A DNA stretch of 64,000 bases, from positions 10,927-74,926 of the IMG/VR virus record IMGVR_UViG_3300046660_000510; one strand, given 5' to 3'. The position numbers were made by a program, and so were the translations under genes. Below, one piece after another: positions 36,114 to 44,571 of the stretch (its first letter is position 1; every line of letters starts with the position of its first letter). This stretch comes from a virus. The notes under the pieces were generated by a model. That model made no database searches and was not told where the DNA came from. It saw only the letters and a list, made by a program, of their open reading frames with translations.

Positions 36114-36144
36114 AGGCCACCGACCCGAACCGGGTGGGTGGCCT
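36114..36144 (+). terminator. stem-loop terminator
   Basis: AGGCCACC-GACCCG-AAC-CGGGT-GGGTGGCCT. Confidence 0.65.
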
Positions 36145-36253
36145 GAGATCCACGAATGGCGCAAGCGCAGCTTAGCCGAACATCTCCCCATGCTGGTAGA
36201 GGCGTTGAGCAACTTCTGCACCACCCCGGCCCGCTCCCCGGAAAACGTCCGGG

Positions 36254-36276
36254 TTGTCAGCGGCCACCACTAGACT
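36254..36276 (+). promoter_or_regulatory. RecA-NDp / PafBC-type DNA-damage promoter
   Basis: TTGTCAGCG-N8-TAGACT matches tTGTCRgtg-N8-TAnnnT. Confidence 0.7.
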
Positions 36277-36453
36277 TCCGATCCAGCGGCACGACGCGTA
36301 CGCCGCCAGCCGAACACCCCACCGTCGCACCCACGCTGCGACACCGGGCAGGCGAAGGTCTCACGGGGCCCGCGAAGAACAGCACCCTTCCTGTCACGGC
36401 ACCCTCTGTGCGGCGGAAGGCGTGGGCACCCGCCGAGAAACCGGAGACTCACC

Positions 36454-36831
36454 GTGCCGAAGAAGCAGTCGACCGCCGCGAAGAAGGCCCGCGCCGCCCA
36501 GCGCTTGGCCGGCGGCAAGCACACCGCCCTGCTGGCCGCGCAGGTGTGCGGCGAGCGCCTGGACCCGTTCCTTGAGTTCCCTGAGACCTGCGCCCGGGCG
36601 CCGCACTCCCCGTGGGAACCGCACTCCGAGGACCGGGACTTCGACATTGCCGCGTGGCGGGAGAAGGTGGCCGCCGAGCAGGCGGCGGAGGAAGCCCGTC
36701 GGGCCGCCCTCACTGACGAAGAGCGCGCCGAGGAGGATGAGCAGGCCCGGGAGTGGGAGTACGACGAGATGCGGGCGGCCGCAGCCGCCGAGTACCCGAA
36801 CGACGAGAAGTACTACGGCGACGAGGACTGA
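36454..36831 (+). CDS. hypothetical protein
   Basis: GGAG RBS; basic N-terminus MPKKQSTAAKKAR, acidic C-terminus. Confidence 0.7.
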   Translation: MPKKQSTAAKKARAAQRLAGGKHTALLAAQVCGERLDPFLEFPETCARAPHSPWEPHSEDRDFDIAAWREKVAAEQAAEEARRAALTDEERAEEDEQAREWEYDEMRAAAAAEYPNDEKYYGDED

Positions 36832-36833
36832 CC

Positions 36834-37055
36834 GTGCCCAACACCCGCAACGTCGAAGAGATCGCCCGCGCCTCCGGCTATGAGAAGCACGGCACCACCT
36901 TCCTCGGCGGCAGCTTCGCCTCCTGTATCTGTCCGAAGAAGCCGTGCGGCGGTGTTGCATCGGACGATGAGCTGCAGGACTGTCCCGAGCATCGTCGGAC
37001 GCCGACGCAGCTGTGGCACTGGGCTGCCGAATGCCCGGGAGACGCCGCCGTCTGA
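36834..37055 (+). CDS. small Cys/His-rich protein
   Basis: CICPKKPCG...CPEH...HWAAEC. Confidence 0.65.
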   Translation: MPNTRNVEEIARASGYEKHGTTFLGGSFASCICPKKPCGGVASDDELQDCPEHRRTPTQLWHWAAECPGDAAV

Positions 37056-37471
37056 GCATGCCTGCGGGCCCGGCTGGTGGAGTGCGCGGGCCCGCGGCAG
37101 GGGCGGGAGCGCAATCAAGGGGGTACTCGCTGCGACCGCCGTCCGGGCACCGTACGTCCCCCAGCCCCCGTGAGGGAACACCCCGGACGTGCGGAACTCC
37201 GCCGGCTGACGCGCCGTGAGGGGAGCAGGGGCAACGTCCCGCCGCATCCGGCATAGGTTGCTGTCACGGCCCCCGGACACCGCCCCCGGATCCCGCCGAT
37301 ACCGCATCTGACCTGCAAACTTCCAAAACTTCGGCCCCCACCCTCCAACCCGCACACGCGCGCCGCCCACCCCGCACATTCCCGGGACCCGCACCACAAG
37401 CAGCACCTGGGCCGAGGCAGCTCAGAAGTTTTGTAATCGATCACCCGGGGGTTTTCGGGCAGGATAGGGGC

Positions 37472-38335
37472 ATGGACCCCGAGGAACTGCTCAACGACTG
37501 GCTCGCCACCAGCGCCCTGCGGCCCTCCACCCGCGCCGAATACCACCGCGAAGTGAGCTCCTTCCTCACCTGGTGCGCCCGCCGGCCCCGGCCCGTCGAC
37601 CCCATCGCGGCCCGACCCGCCGACATCGCCCAGTGGTCCCACGACACCTACCTCCGTGAACTCCTCGACGGCCGGCCCTTCGACGGACCCGACGCCCTCG
37701 GCTACCTCGCCGACCACCACCCCGACGCCGCCCGCACCCACGACCGCCGCATCACCGCCCTCACCGGCTACTACGACGCCGCCACCGCCCGCCGCATCAT
37801 CACCATCCCTCCCGACCTGAAAGTCCTGCGCTCCGGTGTCCCCCGGCCGCCCGGCGCCAAGAACCGGTTGACGCCCCGCGAACGCGCCGTCCTCCTCGCC
37901 TGCACCGGCGCCTGGGGACCCACCCGCTCGAAGCACTGGGAACGCGACCAACTGTGCGTCTACCTCCTCCTCGAGGGCCTCCGCCCGGCGCAGATCGTCC
38001 GCATCGACCGACGCCACCTCTACCCCCAGCCCGACGGCTCCTGGGACGTGCGCGCCCCCGACGACGCAGAGAACGTCGGCAAAAAAATCACCCTGGACCC
38101 GCTCACCGGCGCGGCATTGAAGGCCTACCTGGCCGTACGCCTCGAGCCAGCCGACCCCGGCGAGCACACCCTCATCCTCTCCAGCCGAGGAACCGCCACC
38201 TTCTCCCGCTGGCCCAACAAGCTCATAGGGCAGATCACCGCCACGCACCCGCTGCTCGCCGAACGCGACCCCGCCATCACCGCGGACGCCGTCGCCCACA
38301 CGGGCCTGTGGGACACCCCCGGACAGGGCGACTAG
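37472..38335 (+). CDS. tyrosine-recombinase-like protein, apparently catalytically incomplete
   Basis: core-binding N-terminus (LRPSTRAEY...FLTW); LEGLRP retained, HxLR replaced by DAVAH, ends before catalytic Tyr. Confidence 0.75.
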   Translation: MDPEELLNDWLATSALRPSTRAEYHREVSSFLTWCARRPRPVDPIAARPADIAQWSHDTYLRELLDGRPFDGPDALGYLADHHPDAARTHDRRITALTGYYDAATARRIITIPPDLKVLRSGVPRPPGAKNRLTPRERAVLLACTGAWGPTRSKHWERDQLCVYLLLEGLRPAQIVRIDRRHLYPQPDGSWDVRAPDDAENVGKKITLDPLTGAALKAYLAVRLEPADPGEHTLILSSRGTATFSRWPNKLIGQITATHPLLAERDPAITADAVAHTGLWDTPGQGD

Positions 38336-39393
38336 GTCAGGTCGACCGTGGAGTTGTCGTCCCAGCCGTCCTCGATCTGGAAGTAGCCGTTCATCGACCT
38401 CGAGTGCCGGGCCCACCCGCCCTGGTCGGCGATGACGATGGCGTCCTTGCCCTGCTTGCGGGCGGTGGAGGCGTGGCCGATGCGCAGGCTGTGGCCGGTC
38501 CAGGCGAGGTCGACGCCGGCGCGGGTGCTGATGCGTTTGATGGCGCGGGTGATGGAGTCGGGGACCATGCCGCCGGTAACGCGGCCGGAGCGGTGGATGC
38601 CGACGAACGCGGGCGCGTCCGGGGCCAGCCAGCGCGGGTCGGCCTCGGCGGCCATACGCTCGCGGTACGCCTTCCACGCTTGGACGGGGCAGATCTCAGG
38701 ATCCTTCTGGTATCGGATCTTGGCGTCGCGGACGGAGTGCTTGGTCTTCCCGGTGAGGATGGAGATGACCAGGCCGCGCGGGTGCAGGGTGACGTCTCCC
38801 GCGAGCAGGCCGGCGGGGTCCTGGGCGCGGGCGGCGTAGTGGAAGCCGGTGAGGATGAGCGCCTTGTCGCGTGCGCCCGCCAATGTGTCGGGGCAGGCCC
38901 GTACGACGCGGTAGAGGTCGGGGACTTGGGCGGTGGATGCTTTGCCGCGGCCGCGGCGTTCCTTGTTCTGCAGCAGCTTGACGGTCAGGCCGTCGAGGGC
39001 GGCGCGCGCTTCGGCTTGGTCGTCGCGGCTGACGGTGACGTCTCGGTCGCGGAGTTCGACGACGGTTCCGGCGAGGATGGTGGAGGCCGAACTGGGGGCG
39101 TATCCGGTGCCGTTGGTCTGGCCTTGGCGGAGCATCCAGGCGACGTAGGCGACGAGCGCGCCGCGGGAGCCCTCGAGAAGTGGCAGGCCCTGGGAGCTGG
39201 TGAAGCGTTCCCACACGCGCCAGCTCTTGGTGTAGGTGTCGGTGGTGTTCTCGGGGGTGATCTCTCGTGCGACGGCGTCCGCGAGGTCTTCGGCCTGGGC
39301 GAGCCGGTGGGCAGTGTCGATACCGTGCCGGGCGGCCCACTTCTGGATGAGGGCCGCGCGTTCGGGGCTGGTGGTGGTGTCGAGTTCGGTCAC
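38332..39393 (-). CDS. Cre-like tyrosine recombinase
   Basis: RDKALILTGF..AAR, KT, GHSLRIG, GGW, ..GY catalytic set. Confidence 0.9.
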   Translation of the reverse strand: MTELDTTTSPERAALIQKWAARHGIDTAHRLAQAEDLADAVAREITPENTTDTYTKSWRVWERFTSSQGLPLLEGSRGALVAYVAWMLRQGQTNGTGYAPSSASTILAGTVVELRDRDVTVSRDDQAEARAALDGLTVKLLQNKERRGRGKASTAQVPDLYRVVRACPDTLAGARDKALILTGFHYAARAQDPAGLLAGDVTLHPRGLVISILTGKTKHSVRDAKIRYQKDPEICPVQAWKAYRERMAAEADPRWLAPDAPAFVGIHRSGRVTGGMVPDSITRAIKRISTRAGVDLAWTGHSLRIGHASTARKQGKDAIVIADQGGWARHSRSMNGYFQIEDGWDDNSTVDLT

Positions 39394-39764
39394 GGCCGCC
39401 AGTCCTCGCGGTAGCCGGGCCGGTCCGCGTAGGGAAGGGCGGCGTGCGCCACGGCGACGCGCAGCCCTTCCACCCGGCCGACGTCCACCATATCGGCGAA
39501 CGAGCCGAGAGCCTCCTCGGACTCGGCGTACTCGGTAAGCAGCTTCCGCTTGGCGTCAAGCTCGCGCAGTCCGAAGCCGACGTCGCGGTATGGAGTCGCC
39601 CTGGCGGCTTCGAGGTGCAGTACGCACGAGTCGTACTCGTCGTAGGCGGCGGGGTCCTGGCCCTCGTAGTTGATGCACGGACCGTCATGACCGTCGCGGT
39701 AGCGGAGGAGCGCGGCCCGGTCCTCGGCAAGTTGATCTCCGAGCCACTGCGCGATGTCTTCCAC
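39390..39764 (-). CDS. DUF6221 family protein
   Basis: WL..QLAED...RELDAKRKLL...ALPYADRPGYREDWRP. Confidence 0.85.
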   Translation of the reverse strand: MEDIAQWLGDQLAEDRAALLRYRDGHDGPCINYEGQDPAAYDEYDSCVLHLEAARATPYRDVGFGLRELDAKRKLLTEYAESEEALGSFADMVDVGRVEGLRVAVAHAALPYADRPGYREDWRP

Positions 39765-39784
39765 GGGTCCTCACCTCTGTGTGA

Positions 39785-39807
39785 TCGGATAAGGAGAGGT
39801 TATCCGA
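39785..39807. other. lox/dif-like site TCGGATAA-GGAGAGG-TTATCCGA
   Basis: 8-bp inverted arms with asymmetric 7-bp spacer, just upstream of recombinase operon. Confidence 0.55.
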
Positions 39808-39885
39808 CGCCACACGCGATGATCCCTCCGCTCACCGGGCGCCGAACACACGTTAAGCGCTGCTGAGAGAGGGATCCTGCCGGTT

Positions 39886-40113
39886 TCATCGGCGGTTCCC
39901 CCACACGACGAGGGCGATGCGGACACAGACGACCGGCCAGGCGATGAGGAGCACGGCCACGAGGAACGGCAGCTGGTCCTCGAGGTCCCACAGCAGGAAC
40001 CCGGGATCGTCTTCCTCTGGGCAGGACTTGATGAATCGGATGATCTCGTAGGACGAGAGCATCCAGCCGAATACCCAGACGAACGCCAGGACTAGGAAGG
40101 GAAGGGGCATCAT
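39886..40113 (-). CDS. small two-TM membrane protein
   Basis: two hydrophobic helices. Confidence 0.6.
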   Translation of the reverse strand: MMPLPFLVLAFVWVFGWMLSSYEIIRFIKSCPEEDDPGFLLWDLEDQLPFLVAVLLIAWPVVCVRIALVVWGNRR

Positions 40114-40227
40114 GCCGTCAGCGTGTCACCTTTGATCTGGCGTGTTCCCCACGGATCTGATCCCTGTCGGCCGGGGAAATATCCATTATCCGGAGCCAGG
40201 TGCACCGTTGCCCACGAGCGGCGTCGG

Positions 40228-40461
40228 TCAGACCTCCTCGACTGTGACGGTGACCGACGTTCGACGGCACGCCAGACGATGCTCGACAGACGACGCAGCC
40301 CACGACCGCAGCCGCCCCAGGCGCTCCATAGCCCGCGCGCGGTCCTCGTACCACTCGGTGGTCGTGTGCCAGTTCCCCTGGAAGCCGACCTGCACGGCCC
40401 ACTCGGTGGACTCGGAGTCCTCGATGAGCACGGACGGGCTGGATATCTGATTCATGGCCAT
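40228..40461 (-). CDS. hypothetical protein
   Basis: ORF with plausible composition. Confidence 0.5.
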   Translation of the reverse strand: MAMNQISSPSVLIEDSESTEWAVQVGFQGNWHTTTEWYEDRARAMERLGRLRSWAASSVEHRLACRRTSVTVTVEEV

Positions 40462-40623
40462 ATGTGAGCTTATCGGGAACCATGCGAGGCGTTCCGGTCC
40501 AACGACCCGTCAGCGTGCCGCCGCGTTCGAGCCGTTCGATTATTGCCCCAGATCGATCCTAAGCTCGGGCCGTTCCGAGCGTCCGGGCACTTCGGCTCAG
40601 TGACGCACGTTCGCGTGCACCTA

Positions 40624-40661
40624 TTGACGCATGCGTTAAACCCTGCGACCATTAACGCATG
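40624..40661 (+). promoter_or_regulatory. promoter (TTGACG -35) with inverted repeat CATGCGTTAA-N12-TTAACGCATG overlapping ATG
   Basis: perfect 10-bp IR; probable leaderless, autoregulated transcript. Confidence 0.65.
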
Positions 40662-41048
40662 TGGAAATCCGATGGCCGGAGGGGACGCCCCGTCGTGGGC
40701 CCCAAGGTAGAGACCCGGCTCCCTGAATCCGACCTCCAGAAGGTCGACGCCTTCGCGGCGCAGCACGACATGTCCCGGGCGGAAGCCCTCCGCCAACTGA
40801 CCAGCGACGGTCTACTCCTTGCTGACGCCAGTACCCGAGAGACCATCGCACCGGACGCCGTTCAGAGCCAGAAGATCGCGTCTGGCGCCGTCGAGTCCGG
40901 GAAGGTCGACCCGAACGACCCTCTGTTCGTACACACCCTGGTCGTGTGGGCATTGAAGAAGGTCGGCATGGGCCAGGAGGAAGCCGACCAGTACGCGACC
41001 GCCCATCAGCAGCACGCGGTAGACGCCTACCGCACCACCGAGAAGTGA
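40659..41048 (+). CDS. ribbon-helix-helix (CopG-like) protein
   Basis: GRPVVGPKVETRLPESDLQKVDAFAAQHDMSRAEALRQL. Confidence 0.8.
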   Translation: MWKSDGRRGRPVVGPKVETRLPESDLQKVDAFAAQHDMSRAEALRQLTSDGLLLADASTRETIAPDAVQSQKIASGAVESGKVDPNDPLFVHTLVVWALKKVGMGQEEADQYATAHQQHAVDAYRTTEK

Positions 41049-41059
41049 GGACACCGACC

Positions 41060-41281
41060 GTGAGCAAGCCCATCAGCCTCACCACGATCTCGCTGTCCGA
41101 CGCGCACTGGGTGGACCTTCTGACCACCGCGCGGCTCCACGCCTATCGAGAGGTTCGGGAGATGCCCAACGTGACAACCGCGCAGTGTCAGCAGATCGTG
41201 GCGGCGGCCGTCGCTGGGGTTCGCACGCAGATCGAAGAGTGGGCCGCACAGCAGACCACCGACAGCGCCACCGAGCAGTGA
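41060..41281 (+). CDS. cassette ORF 1 (73 aa)
   Basis: starts and ends within linker copies. Confidence 0.7.
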   Translation: MSKPISLTTISLSDAHWVDLLTTARLHAYREVREMPNVTTAQCQQIVAAAVAGVRTQIEEWAAQQTTDSATEQ

Positions 41282-41292
41282 GGGCACCGGCC

Positions 41293-41427
41293 ATGGAGCA
41301 GGATGAACTGGGCGCGCAGCAGGAGGAATTGCTCCGGGACCTGGACGACGTCCTGGACGTAGAGGCAGGTCTGGAGGACCTGCTCCGCAGGCTCGGCCCG
41401 CCCGCCGACCGAACCACCGAGAAGTGA
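41293..41427 (+). CDS. cassette ORF 2 (44 aa, very acidic)
   Basis: MEQDELGAQQEELLRDLDDVLDVEAGLEDLL...ADRTTEK. Confidence 0.7.
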   Translation: MEQDELGAQQEELLRDLDDVLDVEAGLEDLLRRLGPPADRTTEK

Positions 41428-41438
41428 GGACACCGACC

Positions 41439-41645
41439 ATGGCGGACGCGCAACCGCAGCCCACCTCCGGCGGGAGCATCCAGATCGGAGAACCGTCGCA
41501 GCTTCAGACTTTCGCGGTCCGCACTCAGGCGGACTGGGCCGACGTCGAGATCGAGCACTATCAGCAGACCGGCGAAACGCCTCTCGCTCGACTGCACCGC
41601 GAGAACCTCGACGCGCTCCACGCCGACCGCACCACCGAGAAGTGA
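41439..41645 (+). CDS. cassette ORF 3 (68 aa)
   Basis: ends ADRTTEK within linker. Confidence 0.7.
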   Translation: MADAQPQPTSGGSIQIGEPSQLQTFAVRTQADWADVEIEHYQQTGETPLARLHRENLDALHADRTTEK

Positions 41646-41656
41646 GGAGCACGACC

Positions 41657-41833
41657 GTGAGTGCTGCCGCCTACTCCACCTTCGCCACTGTTTTCGGCTT
41701 GATCGCATTCGGACACGGACTGCTCGCCTGGACCAACTGGCGGCGAGGGAAGCGTGGCGCCTCCTTCAACTACCTAGCCGCTGCTGCCGTGTTCTTCGCC
41801 GGGGTGGCCTCTTGGTGCGCCATGCTCGGGTAG
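41657..41833 (+). CDS. cassette ORF 4 (58 aa, two TM)
   Basis: starts in linker; two hydrophobic helices. Confidence 0.7.
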   Translation: MSAAAYSTFATVFGLIAFGHGLLAWTNWRRGKRGASFNYLAAAAVFFAGVASWCAMLG

Positions 41834-41858
41834 TCATGGGAGCGCAGCACGAACGCAA

Positions 41859-41893
41859 CGGTGCCCCGGCTGAGGAAAGCAGCCGGGGCACCG
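41859..41893. terminator. 14-bp stem terminator between convergent genes
   Basis: CGGTGCCCCGGCTG-AGGAAAG-CAGCCGGGGCACCG. Confidence 0.75.
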
Positions 41894-41902
41894 GCGTGCA
41901 CA

Positions 41903-42175
41903 TTACTTCAGCCGAACCTCAATGCCTTGGCCAGCCTGAATCTGCTCAGCGAACTGCGTAAGTTCCGGGTCCGTTACGCTACCGCCGGTGTGCTGAGCCC
42001 ATATGCGCTGAATCTCAGGCTTGATCTGCGCCAGAGGCTTCCCCTGATAGCGCGCGGCAAGTGTGCCCAGCGCCCGTGTCAGATCGGAGGCCATGCTCGC
42101 GATCTCCTGGTTGACCGCCTTCTTCAGCGCCCGGTCATCAAAGTTGAAGTTGAACTCGATGTTGGACTTGGCCAC
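41903..42175 (-). CDS. hypothetical protein
   Basis: AAGGAGG RBS, own promoter at 42246-42268. Confidence 0.75.
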   Translation of the reverse strand: MAKSNIEFNFNFDDRALKKAVNQEIASMASDLTRALGTLAARYQGKPLAQIKPEIQRIWAQHTGGSVTDPELTQFAEQIQAGQGIEVRLK

Positions 42176-42245
42176 GTGGGCCTCCTTGTGCAGGGACTCC
42201 CGCGCTCACAGAGCCCCGCGGCCCCCGGCAGTCCGAACTGCCTCA

Positions 42246-42268
42246 ACGGTACTAGGTGCCACTGACAA
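42246..42268 (-). promoter_or_regulatory. RecA-NDp / PafBC-type DNA-damage promoter
   Basis: minus strand TTGTCAGTG-GCACCTAG-TACCGT. Confidence 0.7.
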
Positions 42269-42279
42269 CAGGCGTTCCG

Positions 42280-42450
42280 CTACTTCTTCGCCTGCCGCTC
42301 CCGTACTGGGCCCAGGCAGACGACGCACAGCGGGCAACCGCCCAGGCCGTACCGGTGGGTGGGGTGGCCGCAGCCCGCGCACGGGCCGACCTGGGCAGGC
42401 GCGCACGTCGGGGCAGGCGGCTTCGGGCGGGATGATGCTGGGGTGCTCAC
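42280..42450 (-). CDS. small Zn-finger protein
   Basis: GPCAGC..PTHRYG.GG.PLCVVC. Confidence 0.55.
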   Translation of the reverse strand: MSTPASSRPKPPAPTCAPAQVGPCAGCGHPTHRYGLGGCPLCVVCLGPVRERQAKK

Positions 42451-42473
42451 CGGATCATCGTACGTACGCCCGG

Positions 42474-44561
42474 TTACGCGCCGACTGCCACCCACGGACC
42501 GGCGATATCCGACCCCACATTCGACGACGGGGTGATCGACGACGGCAACGCGGTCAGTCCGGTCCCGTTCTTCGCAAACCGGTACGCCGACGCCGCCAGG
42601 CCCAGGTTCGCAGCCGTGTCGACGCCGGTCCAGCCGGACGCGCGGGTCAGTGTCGGTGTGACCGAGGCGTTGAACAGCAGCGCGACCCAGTAGAACGATC
42701 CGGCCGACAGTGCCGTGGACGTGATGGTGGTGGTCTTCAGCGTGGCCGAGGAGAAGCCGGTGTCGACGTTGGTGGACGCCAGCAGCGTGCCAGCCGAGTT
42801 GTACAGACCGACCCAGTTCTGGTTGGTGGTGGCCCCGGATCCGGTGTTCGCCACCCACCAGTACAGTTTCGTGGCGTTCAGGGCGGCGGCGATGTTCACG
42901 CGGACCAGGTACAGCGTTCCGGCGGTCAGCTGCGTCGAGTTGACGGCCAGCGCCGGGTCGTAGCACCAGGCGGCCACCCCGTGGGCGGCCGGGAAGTTCT
43001 GTCCCAGTGCGTTGCCGGTGACGTTCAGGCTGCCGCTGATGGTGCCGCCCGCGGCCGGGAGGGCGCCGGTGATGCGGGCGTCGTCACCCGCGGCCACCGT
43101 GCCCGCTCCAGTGCCGACAGTCAGGGCCGGGGTGCCGTGGGTGTGGTCGCCCCGGGCGTAGGTAGCAGCGGATCCGGCCGCCGATGACTGTCCGAACGCT
43201 GTCTCAGCCGTGACGCTGCCGGACGCCGAGGGCGGTGCGGGCGGGCTGGTCCAGGTACCGGGTACCCCGCCCGCAGTGCACAGCCACCACACCCCGGCGG
43301 AGTCCTGGACGGCGTCCCCGGTGGCCCAGGTGCCCGTGGTGGGTGCTCCGGTGGTGGCGCGGCGCCCGCACAGCCTGATGTTGGTGAGGCCGTTCTTGGC
43401 GCCGAGGCTGGCTACGCCGGTGCCGGAGTCGATGTCGTGGACGTCGTCGAACGCGCCGGTGCCGAACTGAACGCGGCCAATCAGGTGCGGGCCCGTGGCT
43501 TCCCAGCGCATGACGTTGGTCTGGGTACCGGTGAAGTCGGGGTTCGTCCACTTGGAGACGAAGACGTCGAGGCCGGCGATCTCCAGGTCGAGGCCGCTGC
43601 CGGTGACGCGGAACCGGTAGGCGCCGGTATCGTCCGCGCGCTGCACGGTCAGGTTGTGGCCGTCGACGGTGACGTCGCCGGTGAAGGCCGCCCCGGAGAG
43701 TGGGGCGAGGGCGGCCAGGGCTGCGGGGAGTCCGCTGACCTGGGACTGGGATACGGACACCGGGTCGCTCCCGGCCGCCGCATGCGAGGAGGCGTGGGCC
43801 GTGGGGGTGCGGGAGTTGGTGGTGGTCGGGTCGTCGGAGCGCAGCGCGATGGTGGATCCTGCACCGGCGGCTCCGAGCGGCGGCTGCGAGCCGGTGGCGC
43901 CCGTGTCGCCCTTCGGGCCGGTCGCACCGGTGTCGCCCGTGGGGCCTTGGGCGCCGGTCGCGCCGGCGGGTCCTTGCGGGCCCTGGTCCCCGGTGTCCCC
44001 TTTAGGTCCCTGGGCGCCGGTTGCTCCGGCCGGCCCCGTGGCTCCTGCGGGTCCCTGCACTCCCGCCTCTCCCGGGTCTCCGGGGTCGCCCTTCGGTCCC
44101 TGGGCGCCAGTCGCTCCAGTCGCTCCCGTGGGGCCGGTAGCTCCGGCCGGTCCGGGCTCGCCCTGGGGGCCGGTGGAGCCGGTCTGCCCGGTGCCGAGGT
44201 AGACGACGGTTCCCTGCCCGGTCTGAGTGCTGGACAAGTCCGCGCGGATCGCCCCCACCCAGTACGTGCCGGTCTCCGGGACGACGATGTAGGTGAGGAT
44301 CGGCGAGCCGTCGCGGGCGCGCCCCTCCTGGATGGCCCACAGGGTGTCGCCCGACTGGGATTCGATGAGCGTGTTGGCGGTCAGGGTGACCGTCCAGGTG
44401 CCGTCGCTGCCCGCCTGAATGGGGACGTCCTTGACCAGCTCGCCCGACACGGAGGCGACGTAGCCGACCGCGGGCTGCCCGGTCACGTCGACCAGGGTCG
44501 CCTTCATTTCCACCCGCTGCGGAGCGGACGCCCCGATCAGCTTCCCGTTCACGACAGTCAT
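42474..44561 (-). CDS. collagen-repeat tail fibre-like protein
   Basis: long G-X-Y run, [12 protein letters not shown] motif, beta-rich C-terminus; AGGAG RBS. Confidence 0.8.
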   Translation of the reverse strand: MTVVNGKLIGASAPQRVEMKATLVDVTGQPAVGYVASVSGELVKDVPIQAGSDGTWTVTLTANTLIESQSGDTLWAIQEGRARDGSPILTYIVVPETGTYWVGAIRADLSSTQTGQGTVVYLGTGQTGSTGPQGEPGPAGATGPTGATGATGAQGPKGDPGDPGEAGVQGPAGATGPAGATGAQGPKGDTGDQGPQGPAGATGAQGPTGDTGATGPKGDTGATGSQPPLGAAGAGSTIALRSDDPTTTNSRTPTAHASSHAAAGSDPVSVSQSQVSGLPAALAALAPLSGAAFTGDVTVDGHNLTVQRADDTGAYRFRVTGSGLDLEIAGLDVFVSKWTNPDFTGTQTNVMRWEATGPHLIGRVQFGTGAFDDVHDIDSGTGVASLGAKNGLTNIRLCGRRATTGAPTTGTWATGDAVQDSAGVWWLCTAGGVPGTWTSPPAPPSASGSVTAETAFGQSSAAGSAATYARGDHTHGTPALTVGTGAGTVAAGDDARITGALPAAGGTISGSLNVTGNALGQNFPAAHGVAAWCYDPALAVNSTQLTAGTLYLVRVNIAAALNATKLYWWVANTGSGATTNQNWVGLYNSAGTLLASTNVDTGFSSATLKTTTITSTALSAGSFYWVALLFNASVTPTLTRASGWTGVDTAANLGLAASAYRFAKNGTGLTALPSSITPSSNVGSDIAGPWVAVGA

Positions 44562-44571
44562 CGACGCACTC

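Larger units (their letters stand above)
41025..41659 (+). repeat. four copies of 38-bp linker GCCGACCGCACCACCGAGAAGTGAGGACACCGACC(A/G)TG (41025-41062, 41258-41295, 41404-41441, 41622-41659)
   Basis: read directly; each has stop, RBS and start. Confidence 0.9.

Noticed and set aside
38332-39393. Classical prophage integrase with attP/attL boundary
   Set aside because: No arm-binding N-terminal domain, tRNA fragment or host junction visible; Cre-like features and ParABS favour a resolvase.
41025-41659. CRISPR array interpretation of the 38-bp repeats
   Set aside because: Spacers are 108-195 bp, unequal and protein-coding; the repeat is not palindromic; no cas genes.
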